Source: a virus
Taxonomy: Duplodnaviria; Caudoviricetes
Length of the DNA stretch: 61,084 bases
Reading direction: 5' to 3' (one strand)
Virus record (IMG/VR): IMGVR_UViG_3300037313_001227
Span: 1 to 61,084 of that record
The translations under genes and the position numbers were made by a program. How positions within the stretch are numbered: the first letter of the stretch is position 1; each line of letters starts with the position of its first letter. The notes beneath the pieces are model-generated. The model was not told where the DNA came from, did no database searches, and worked only from the letters and a program-made list of their open reading frames with translations. Below are positions 54,545-61,084 of this stretch, one piece after another.

Positions 54545-54821
54545 GCACTTGGACGATCTGATCCAGAAGCACGCGGTGCTGCGCGTCACGCACACCAGAT
54601 GGGGCAACGATGAGGAAGCTCACGACCCGCCGATCTGGGCCATTTCTCGAGAGACCGACAGTTACAGCGCCGGTGTCTACGTCGACTGGCTTATTGGCGA
54701 AACGAGTTACGGCCAAGGGGTGCTCGATCACAGTGACGAGTTCGAGATTGTGCCGCCTGACGAGTGGCCGGACGAGGTGTGCGCTGAAGTGGCAAGACGA
54801 GTGCTAGGAGGAGAAAACTGA
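54534..54821 (+). CDS. small protein with the shared C-terminal motif
   Basis: AVLRV...PIWA; ends VPPDEWPDEVCAEVARRVLGGEN. Confidence 0.7.
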   Translation: MESRHLDDLIQKHAVLRVTHTRWGNDEEAHDPPIWAISRETDSYSAGVYVDWLIGETSYGQGVLDHSDEFEIVPPDEWPDEVCAEVARRVLGGEN

Positions 54822-55147
54822 TGACATGGGCAGCTGACTGCAAGCCTGGGCAAGTGCTCAAGATCACCAAGATGGTGAACGACAAGGGCGGCGAGCTCGC
54901 GCTTGGCGAAGACAATGTCGCTTGGGGTATCGTGCTCGACGACCAGAACATGATGGTCTTTGCGGAGGTCGATCAGACGGGCTTCTACCGCGGGGCGCCG
55001 AACGCATCCAAGTGGGTGAGCCGTGTCCTGCCGACCGACTGGGCTGACGAGGACAGCGTGTGGGCTGACGCCGACGAGGTGCCGACTACTGTGCCGAGCG
55101 AGTTCTGGCCGATCGCGGCGCAGGCTGCGCTGAATGATGGTGTGTGA
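54821..55147 (+). CDS. SH3-like small protein with the shared C-terminal motif
   Basis: KPGQVLKI...AWGIV; ends VPSEFWPIAAQAALNDGV. Confidence 0.65.
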   Translation: MTWAADCKPGQVLKITKMVNDKGGELALGEDNVAWGIVLDDQNMMVFAEVDQTGFYRGAPNASKWVSRVLPTDWADEDSVWADADEVPTTVPSEFWPIAAQAALNDGV

Positions 55148-55148
55148 G

Positions 55149-55511
55149 ATGGCGCACGTTTCATTGCCTGACTTACAGCGTATTGAGAAAATTCTCTCTG
55201 ATGACGCTGTCATCGCCGCCGGCAATCTCAGCATGGCGGAAGATATCGACAAGGCGCGACTGGCCGTAAGCGAGGCGTTGAACGGCATCGCGACGCCCGC
55301 TGTGAACCAAGTGGCCGCGGACACATATGTGTCCGACGAGATCGAGATTGACAGCGATGCGGGCACGTCACCTAGCGACGAAGGTACGTGGGTGCAGGCG
55401 TGGGTGTGGGTGCCGTGGCCTGATTGCGAAGATTGCGACGGCATTGGTCGCGACGAGGCGGACCAGGAGTGCTCCAGTTGTGGCGGCTCAGGGAAAGGAA
55501 CGATCGGTTAA
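55149..55511 (+). CDS. hypothetical protein with a DnaJ-type zinc finger
   Basis: WVQAWVWV; CEDCDGIG and CSSCGGSG. Confidence 0.6.
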   Translation: MAHVSLPDLQRIEKILSDDAVIAAGNLSMAEDIDKARLAVSEALNGIATPAVNQVAADTYVSDEIEIDSDAGTSPSDEGTWVQAWVWVPWPDCEDCDGIGRDEADQECSSCGGSGKGTIG

Positions 55512-55819
55512 TGGCGCCAGCTAGGCAGGGCCACTACAAACTCTACGCCTACGTCTGCGGGACGGCGTGCGTCGAGAAGCCCGACGTCGACGGCACCGTG
55601 ACCTTCATGATGATCTGGATGAAGCGGCCGCAGCACTGCCGTTACGCGATCGTTGGCGAGTGGGACGTCGCCACGCACTGCGAGCGGATCCTCGTGTTCG
55701 ACATGTACGACACCAAGATCAGGGGTACGGTGACGCTGGTGCCGCCCAAGCCGCGGATGATCTGCAACGACGTCGACCAGGCAATCATGGCGACGATGAT
55801 GCTCTACGAGCAGGATTAG
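55511..55819 (+). CDS. small protein, paralogue of the 56113 ORF
   Basis: GHYKL...RYAI...VFD; ends DVDQAIMATMML. Confidence 0.6.
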   Translation: MAPARQGHYKLYAYVCGTACVEKPDVDGTVTFMMIWMKRPQHCRYAIVGEWDVATHCERILVFDMYDTKIRGTVTLVPPKPRMICNDVDQAIMATMMLYEQD

Positions 55820-55823
55820 AAAA

Positions 55824-56120
55824 ATGAACGAGAGCATGCAGCACCCGTTCGTCGAGGGTGATCTGGTCCGGTATGTCCGAGATGACGGGCGGGTTCGCGT
55901 CGGCTTTGTTGTGGATCCAGCGAAATTCAGCAACACGCGCTTCTCGACCAGCGGCAAGATCATTCGGCCGGAAAATGTGTGGGCATGTTGGACTGACGAG
56001 CACACCCCTGACTGGGCCGTTAAGCGGCCAACACATGCGTCCATTGATCGAGTGGAGGCGCACCCAAATCCAGATGCACTGATCGCGGATTACACAAAGT
56101 GGCGACTGCTCAATGGATGA
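55824..56120 (+). CDS. SH3-like small protein with the shared C-terminal motif
   Basis: FVEGDLVRY; ends HPNPDALIADYTKWRLLNG. Confidence 0.7.
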   Translation: MNESMQHPFVEGDLVRYVRDDGRVRVGFVVDPAKFSNTRFSTSGKIIRPENVWACWTDEHTPDWAVKRPTHASIDRVEAHPNPDALIADYTKWRLLNG

Positions 56121-56406
56121 GGCTTTCCTCGACCGGCCTGGCCATTACGAGCTGGTCTATGTCAGCCAGAGCGGCACGCGCAACCAGTGCTTCGGCTACC
56201 AACCGCGGACCGCGGATATCGCTGCGCACACAGGGGCAAAAGACCCTGCTCGTTACTGCATCCAGCTCGTGGGGGACATTTACGAGGTCTACGACCTGAC
56301 GACGCTCAAGAAGCAGATGTACGTCGGCGAGTGGACCATCGGTGTGCCGGTGTTCACGCACAAGGACCCCGATGCGGCGATTATGTGGGCGTTGATGAAT
56401 TTGTGA
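56113..56406 (+). CDS. small protein, paralogue of the 55511 ORF
   Basis: GHYEL...RYCI...VYD; ends HKDPDAAIMWALMNL. Confidence 0.6.
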   Translation: MDEAFLDRPGHYELVYVSQSGTRNQCFGYQPRTADIAAHTGAKDPARYCIQLVGDIYEVYDLTTLKKQMYVGEWTIGVPVFTHKDPDAAIMWALMNL

Positions 56407-56422
56407 CTGAGGGAGAGAGAAC

Positions 56423-56935
56423 ATGGGATGCGATATTCACGCTTACGTTGAGTACGTTGATTTCGTCGGCAACGACGGCGAGCCATACTGGTCGTGCTTG
56501 ATGCAGAACATCGGACACCGGGATTATGCCTTTTTCAGCCTGATCGCTGACTGCGGCCGCGGTCCGCATCGGCCTGTATTCGAGAACCGCGGATTGCCGA
56601 AAGGCAAGCTGAGCTGGATCACTGAGCGCGCGATGTGGCTGACGGTTACGGATAATCCCGAGCTTGCTGACGCGGAGGGCTACTGCAACGAGACGAACGC
56701 CTTGAGCTGGGGGCCGATCGAGCGGCACGGCGATTTCCGTCGGGTGATGCACCCCGACCTGCACAGCCATACCTGGCTGACCTGCGACGAACTGGCGCAG
56801 GTGATCGCGCGCTACATGACCGACGATCACGAGGGCTATCCGTACAGAGTCGAGTGGGACGCAGCGCTGGCGGCGATGTGGGCGCTCGAGGAACGAGGTC
56901 ACAAGACCCGTATCGTGATCGCGTTCGACAACTAG
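56423..56935 (+). CDS. conserved hypothetical phage protein (MGCDIH type)
   Basis: MGCDIH, RDY.FF, RGLP, HSHTWLT, RIVIAFDN. Confidence 0.7.
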   Translation: MGCDIHAYVEYVDFVGNDGEPYWSCLMQNIGHRDYAFFSLIADCGRGPHRPVFENRGLPKGKLSWITERAMWLTVTDNPELADAEGYCNETNALSWGPIERHGDFRRVMHPDLHSHTWLTCDELAQVIARYMTDDHEGYPYRVEWDAALAAMWALEERGHKTRIVIAFDN

Positions 56936-56960
56936 TCATTTTGTGAATGGAGTTAGCAAA

Positions 56961-57257
56961 ATGAAAGCCGGCGATCTGCTCCGCATAACAACGCTGCGTG
57001 GGCACGACCTTGAGCACCCGGTATGGGCGCGCGTTAAAGAGGTATACCCTCGAACGCGTTACAACAGTGGCGGACTTATGACCCTTATCGCCGGGCCTCA
57101 GCCGCTTCACTTGGCCAGTGCACGGTTTAATCTGCCGTCGAATGGCTGGGCGATCTACTCAGAGACTGACGCTGAGGTCTTCGAGGTGTTCAGCGGTGCC
57201 GATGTGCCCGACGAGTTTTATGTCGACCAGGCCAAGTGGGCCTTACTTAGTGACTGA
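56961..57257 (+). CDS. SH3/PWWP-like small protein with the shared C-terminal motif
   Basis: MKAGDLLRI...HPVWARV; ends VPDEFYVDQAKWALLSD. Confidence 0.7.
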   Translation: MKAGDLLRITTLRGHDLEHPVWARVKEVYPRTRYNSGGLMTLIAGPQPLHLASARFNLPSNGWAIYSETDAEVFEVFSGADVPDEFYVDQAKWALLSD

Positions 57258-57268
57258 AGGAGATGAAC

Positions 57269-57733
57269 ATGGGCGATCGAACCTACACCACGATCACGCT
57301 CTCGGGTGTGGTCAACGAGGAAGACGTCGACGAGCTGGTCGAGGCGGTCAATGCCGATTGGCTGACTTGCGACGACGGGCCAGAGCTTAATGATAACGCG
57401 CTCATGCGCGAGCATCTGCAGTGGATGATGTACAACCCCGAGTGCAATTATGGTGAGCTCGAGAACACGGAGAGTACCTGTCAGCGGCTCGGGGTCAGCT
57501 ACCTCAAGGTCTGGGCCGAGGGCGGTGGGTACGGACCCGGCATGGAGATCTACAACGCTGTCACCGGTGTGACCGTGACCTGCGGCGCGATCGAAGGTGA
57601 GCCGGCGCTGACGCTGAGCGACATCAAGAAGATCGGCGATGCCGAGGCTGCGATCGGATATCTCGAGGCGTTCAATAACTTCCGCGAGAATTACGGCCCG
57701 CTCGAGATCAAGCCGCTGGAGGATGCGGCGTGA
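57269..57733 (+). CDS. hypothetical acidic protein
   Basis: GAAGGAG RBS. Confidence 0.65.
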   Translation: MGDRTYTTITLSGVVNEEDVDELVEAVNADWLTCDDGPELNDNALMREHLQWMMYNPECNYGELENTESTCQRLGVSYLKVWAEGGGYGPGMEIYNAVTGVTVTCGAIEGEPALTLSDIKKIGDAEAAIGYLEAFNNFRENYGPLEIKPLEDAA

Positions 57734-58017
57734 GGGACGGTGACGTTATTTGCTATACGCACGGCATATGCGGAACACCGTACGAAACACCCGAGGTGTG
57801 GGTGATGGTCGTCGACGCTGTCAATCTGCGCGCAGTGAAGCTCAAGGGTCGGTTCGGCGGCGAAACTAAAGGTGTTATCGGCATCGGTGACGATGAGTAT
57901 TGGGAGCGTTGCGGTCGCGGAGGTCGACGTGTTGTGCCGCCGGAAGACTGGCCTGACGACATTGCCGAAGCAGTCGCAAGATATTGCGCAACTGTGTTGA
58001 CTGAGGGAGTAAACTAA
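57730..58017 (+). CDS. SH3-like small protein with the shared C-terminal motif
   Basis: MRDGDVICY...EVWVMV; ends VPPEDWPDDIAEAVARYCATVLTEG. Confidence 0.7.
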   Translation: MRDGDVICYTHGICGTPYETPEVWVMVVDAVNLRAVKLKGRFGGETKGVIGIGDDEYWERCGRGGRRVVPPEDWPDDIAEAVARYCATVLTEGVN

Positions 58018-58020
58018 CAA

Positions 58021-58197
58021 ATGAATGCACGAACCTGCAGGCGTGGCCACATTGTCTCCGGCGACAATGCCAAGCGGCGGCCGGCCAACCCCGACTATGT
58101 TGCGTGCCGGCAGTGCGAGCGCGACACCCAGAAGCAGCGCAGGCGATTGCGCAAGTCATTGATGGAGCAGCAAGATGGGATACGATCCACTAACTGA
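58021..58197 (+). CDS. small zinc-finger protein (58 aa)
   Basis: CRRGH...N...CRQC; GGGAG RBS; translated by hand. Confidence 0.5.
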   Translation: MNARTCRRGHIVSGDNAKRRPANPDYVACRQCERDTQKQRRRLRKSLMEQQDGIRSTN

Positions 58198-58426
58198 AGT
58201 CCTCGATCGCGTGCGACGTATCGAGACCCGGACGACGATCATCGGCAGGCACCTCGGCGCCGACGTCGGCGGCGGCAAGCCCGAGTGGCACAATGGCACG
58301 GTTCACGCGCCGACAGCCAACTGCTCGCTCGCCGAGCTGATGAAGGTCGTGCCTCCCGACTGGCGCGGCACCTGGTCGGTCTACGTTAATGACGAGCCGC
58401 TGTTTACTGGACGGCTAACGCAATAG
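58175..58426 (+). CDS. hypothetical protein
   Basis: GGAG RBS. Confidence 0.55.
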   Translation: MGYDPLTEVLDRVRRIETRTTIIGRHLGADVGGGKPEWHNGTVHAPTANCSLAELMKVVPPDWRGTWSVYVNDEPLFTGRLTQ

Positions 58427-58492
58427 ACTAGCCACACCTTTACTGCTCTGGCATAGTGCCTGCTCCGCGGACCGCTGGGGGGTAGGTGCACG

Positions 58493-58903
58493 GTGGGTGA
58501 AGAAGCGCACAGCGTAAGGCTCGACCGTGTCGAGAACGAAGTCGGGGCAATCCGCTCCGAGATGGGGGGTCTCAGGACCGAGATGGGTCGCGTTCAGGCG
58601 GACGTGAAGGGCCTTGGTGCCATCCTCTCGCGCATCGAAGAAGGGGTTGTCCGCGCTCAGGACCAGCAGGACCAGCGCGAGCTGCGCTCGAGGCAGAGCC
58701 CAGTAGCGATCGCGACAATGCTCGTTACCGTGCTGTCGATGCTGGTTGGCGGGTCGTGGCTGATCAGCGGCAACATGTCGCGGATGGACGAGCGAAGCAT
58801 CTGGGTGCAGCGCGAGCAGGATCGTATGGAACAACGGCTTTGGGGAGACACGCACATGCAGCACGGGGGGGCCGATGGCGAGCAGGGCCAAGCGCACCAA
58901 TAG
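58493..58903 (+). CDS. coiled-coil membrane protein upstream of the lysis genes
   Basis: Heptads plus one hydrophobic segment, VAIATMLVTVLSMLVGGSWLI. Confidence 0.6.
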   Translation: MGEEAHSVRLDRVENEVGAIRSEMGGLRTEMGRVQADVKGLGAILSRIEEGVVRAQDQQDQRELRSRQSPVAIATMLVTVLSMLVGGSWLISGNMSRMDERSIWVQREQDRMEQRLWGDTHMQHGGADGEQGQAHQ

Positions 58904-59051
58904 CTGGCAGGAACCCCTGGAGCACGTCTCCAAGGCGAAACAATTCATGGAGCGTTTTGGCGTCCACGAGGCTCACCCCGATGAGTATCTGGAGCCGCTG
59001 AAGCCCAACGAAGAGAAGGACTGGGACGATCTGCTGAAACGCATGAACTGA
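58875..59051 (+). CDS. hypothetical protein (58 aa)
   Basis: G-run RBS; translated by hand. Confidence 0.45.
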   Translation: MASRAKRTNSWQEPLEHVSKAKQFMERFGVHEAHPDEYLEPLKPNEEKDWDDLLKRMN

Positions 59052-59064
59052 ACGGGGGTGGGGG

Positions 59065-59322
59065 ATGATTGAGAAGCTCAAGGCGCGTCTGATCGGTGAC
59101 GCGCGCTACTGGTACAAGATGTGGTCGAGCTGGCTGGCTGCCGCATGGGGCGTGGTGGTCACGGCTGTGTGGGTCGAGCCGACTTATGTTCAGCAGCTGC
59201 TGAACATGCTCCCCGAGCATGCGCGGGCCAAGCTGTCGCCGGCGGTGTTCATCGTCGCCGCGGGTCTCCCTGTGCTGGTGCGGCTGCTCAAGCAGTCCAA
59301 GCTGCCGGGAGACGCGAAATGA
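59065..59322 (+). CDS. putative holin
   Basis: 85 aa, two hydrophobic segments, basic C-terminus; coupled to the endolysin. Confidence 0.7.
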   Translation: MIEKLKARLIGDARYWYKMWSSWLAAAWGVVVTAVWVEPTYVQQLLNMLPEHARAKLSPAVFIVAAGLPVLVRLLKQSKLPGDAK

Positions 59323-59741
59323 GCCTCGGCCCGATCAAGTATCTGACGATCCATTGCGCAGCGACGCCGGAGGGACGTGACGTCAAGGCAAGTTCGATCG
59401 AGCAGTGGGACATCGCCAAGTTCCACCAGAAGTCCTACCACTGGATTGTCGAGCTCGACGGCACGCAGCACCGCAGTCTCGAGGACGACCAGCTCGGCGC
59501 CCACGTGGCCAAGCGCAACACCGGCAACATCGGTGTCTGCTATGTCGGCGGGTGCGACGTGCACATGAACCCGAAGGACACGCGGACCGATGCGCAGAAG
59601 GCGGCGCTGCTCGATCTCGTGCGGCACTACCGGACGCTCTATCCGAACATCCGGGTTCTCGGTCACCGCGACTGGCCGCTGGTCACCAAGGCGTGCCCGA
59701 GCTTCGACGTCGGTGCGTGGCTCCACGGCGAGGGGCTATGA
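59319..59741 (+). CDS. endolysin, N-acetylmuramoyl-L-alanine amidase (T7 lysozyme-like)
   Basis: TIHCAAT, YHW, GAHV, IGVCYVGG, GHRD, KACPSFDV. Confidence 0.92.
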   Translation: MSLGPIKYLTIHCAATPEGRDVKASSIEQWDIAKFHQKSYHWIVELDGTQHRSLEDDQLGAHVAKRNTGNIGVCYVGGCDVHMNPKDTRTDAQKAALLDLVRHYRTLYPNIRVLGHRDWPLVTKACPSFDVGAWLHGEGL

Positions 59742-59932
59742 CCGTCCGGCTGTTCGTCTTCTCGGTAATCTTGCTGCTGGCGTACGTCGCCTACGCCGTC
59801 AGCGAGTATCGTGTTCGGCAGCAACAGCTGTTAATTACGCAGGCGGATTATTCGCGCTGCGTGACGATCCATAACGGGCCGCTGCGCGCGCCCAAGCAGA
59901 TCAACGGCCTCAACAAGTCGGAGCTTAGCTGA
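59738..59932 (+). CDS. small membrane protein
   Basis: N-terminal hydrophobic segment; coupled on both sides. Confidence 0.55.
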   Translation: MTVRLFVFSVILLLAYVAYAVSEYRVRQQQLLITQADYSRCVTIHNGPLRAPKQINGLNKSELS

Positions 59933-60564
59933 TGTTCGCCTCGATCGGTCTTTGGTTCGCCAGGTCGGCGCTGATGATGTCACCCGTCGGCGGAGTGATC
60001 CGCGGCGCCGGCGCCGTTGTCGGCAAGCTGCCCAGGCAGTTCTGGTACGCGCTGATCGTCATCGCGATCGTCGCCGGCGGCTACTTCTGGGTCAAGCACC
60101 AGATCCACGCCGCGTACGATCGGGGCTACAAGGACGGCTACACCCAGGCGCGCAACGAGGACATCGCTGCGGCGGCCAAGCAGCGCGAGGCAGCTCTCGC
60201 GTGGAAGAAGCGGGCCGACGACGCCAACGAGACCATTCGCCAGAAGGAGCAGGCACTCCATGACCAGACTGTTGCAAGCAACCGCGCTCTCGCTGACGCT
60301 CTGCGCGTGCGCGTCCACAACGCCCAGGTTCAACCCGCAGGTGGAGGCGGCCAAGCTGTGCCCGGCGCTGCCGCAGCTGCCGACCGGCATAGTAGACCGC
60401 AGCCGCAAGCCGATGCTGCAGTGGCTGGAGGAGCAGCTGCCTCCCGCGTCTGCGTCGACGCCGGCAGGCTCATCGACTACGCCGAGCAGGCCGACAACGA
60501 CCACGACGCGCTGATCCGCATCGAGGACGCATGGCGCCAGTACCAGGCGAACCAGCCGCGTTGA
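59932..60564 (+). CDS. i-spanin (Rz-like)
   Basis: Hydrophobic segment followed by a helical region; contains an embedded lipoprotein ORF. Confidence 0.75.
   Translation: MFASIGLWFARSALMMSPVGGVIRGAGAVVGKLPRQFWYALIVIAIVAGGYFWVKHQIHAAYDRGYKDGYTQARNEDIAAAAKQREAALAWKKRADDANETIRQKEQALHDQTVASNRALADALRVRVHNAQVQPAGGGGQAVPGAAAAADRHSRPQPQADAAVAGGAAASRVCVDAGRLIDYAEQADNDHDALIRIEDAWRQYQANQPR
60260..60514 (+). CDS. o-spanin (Rz1-like lipoprotein), embedded out of frame
   Basis: AAGGAG RBS; signal peptide with LCAC lipobox; Pro-rich. Confidence 0.75.
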   Translation: MTRLLQATALSLTLCACASTTPRFNPQVEAAKLCPALPQLPTGIVDRSRKPMLQWLEEQLPPASASTPAGSSTTPSRPTTTTTR

Positions 60565-60601
60565 ATTTTGCTAATGCTGTTTACAAAATGAGGGTGCCGC
60601 G

Positions 60602-60787
60602 ATGAAGATCATCGGTGCGCTGGAGGTTCCGTGCCGCCTGTGCGGTGCAGAAATTGGCGAGCGCTGCTCGTACATGTTTGGCCCTGGTGGCCGGCGTGGC
60701 CGGCAGTTCAGGTTTGGCCAGCATGCTGGGCGCATCCACGACGCTGGTGACGTTCAGCGAGCAGTGAACGCACTTCTGGACAACTGA
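60602..60787 (+). CDS. small zinc-finger protein
   Basis: CRLCGA..GERC...H..R. Confidence 0.55.
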   Translation: MKIIGALEVPCRLCGAEIGERCSYMFGPGGRRGRQFRFGQHAGRIHDAGDVQRAVNALLDN

Positions 60788-60798
60788 AGGAGGAGATT

Positions 60799-60957
60799 AT
60801 GACGCGTGCGTACGCCAACTCGACGAGTGAGGCCAAGGCTCGATGGCTGAGCCGCATGAAGGATCCTGACTATGTTCCTGCCGTGTATGAGCCAAAGCGC
60901 GAAAAGGAGCCCGGTTCCAAGTCGCTGATCCTCGGCCGGTGGATCGAGGAGAATTAG
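60799..60957 (+). CDS. hypothetical protein (52 aa)
   Basis: GAAGGAGGAG RBS; translated by hand. Confidence 0.5.
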   Translation: MTRAYANSTSEAKARWLSRMKDPDYVPAVYEPKREKEPGSKSLILGRWIEEN

Positions 60958-61084
60958 GGCTGTCCCATTATGAGCCGGTTTGCTAAAGTCGTGCGGGGGT
61001 GGATCATGCCTAACTCGCACAGTTTCGACGAGCAGGGTGCGCGCATGCGTATCGCGCAGCGGCAGTACAGCCTCTTCCGGGTAG

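Larger units (their letters stand above)
41540..60587. promoter_or_regulatory. dispersed palindrome TTTG(T/C)NAA-N5/6-TTN(A/G)CAAA (15 copies in this span, plus 4351 and 9063)
   Basis: Copies start at 41540, 42289, 42873, 44075, 44478, 45214, 45592, 46230, 47870, 48904, 50526, 52258, 54512, 56940 and 60567. Confidence 0.85.

Noticed and set aside
41540-60587. Dispersed palindromes read as a CRISPR array or integron attC sites
   Set aside because: Spacing is irregular and gene-sized, copies are degenerate, and there is no cas gene, integrase or GTTRRRY core.
1-61084. Absence of DNA polymerase and integrase as a biological feature
   Set aside because: Both ends cut through ORFs and do not obviously join, so these genes may lie outside the window.

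Overview
The window is a large part of a high-GC tailed dsDNA phage genome, probably podovirus-like and probably infecting an Alphaproteobacterium (it carries GapR, a CtrA-like winged helix and an EcfG-type promoter). It has four blocks. (1) 1-12265 (+): DNA metabolism, with a PD-(D/E)XK nuclease, VRR-NUC, adenine methyltransferase, SNF2 helicase, GapR and primase/DUF927 helicase. (2) 12262-41221 (-): morphogenesis, with terminase subunits, portal, scaffold, N4-gp56-type capsid, a 2138-aa internal virion protein and tail/fibre genes. (3) 41200-43000: a divergent control region with an origin-like AT-rich repeat tract. (4) 43013-61084 (+): an early/accessory arm followed by the lysis cassette (holin, amidase, Rz/Rz1). 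No integrase, DNA polymerase, tRNA or CRISPR array was seen, and both ends cut through ORFs. The most striking observation is about 20 small, divergent proteins that share a C-terminal Pro/Asp-linker-plus-helix motif, most with an SH3/PWWP-like N-terminus. They cluster around a MoxR-like AAA+ ATPase and a HEXXH-metallopeptidase/vWA gene and may form a modular adaptor system. The same arm, plus two sites inside replication genes, carries 17 copies of an AT-rich palindrome TTTG(T/C)NAA-N5/6-TTN(A/G)CAAA. All family calls come from motif recognition by eye; no database searches were run.
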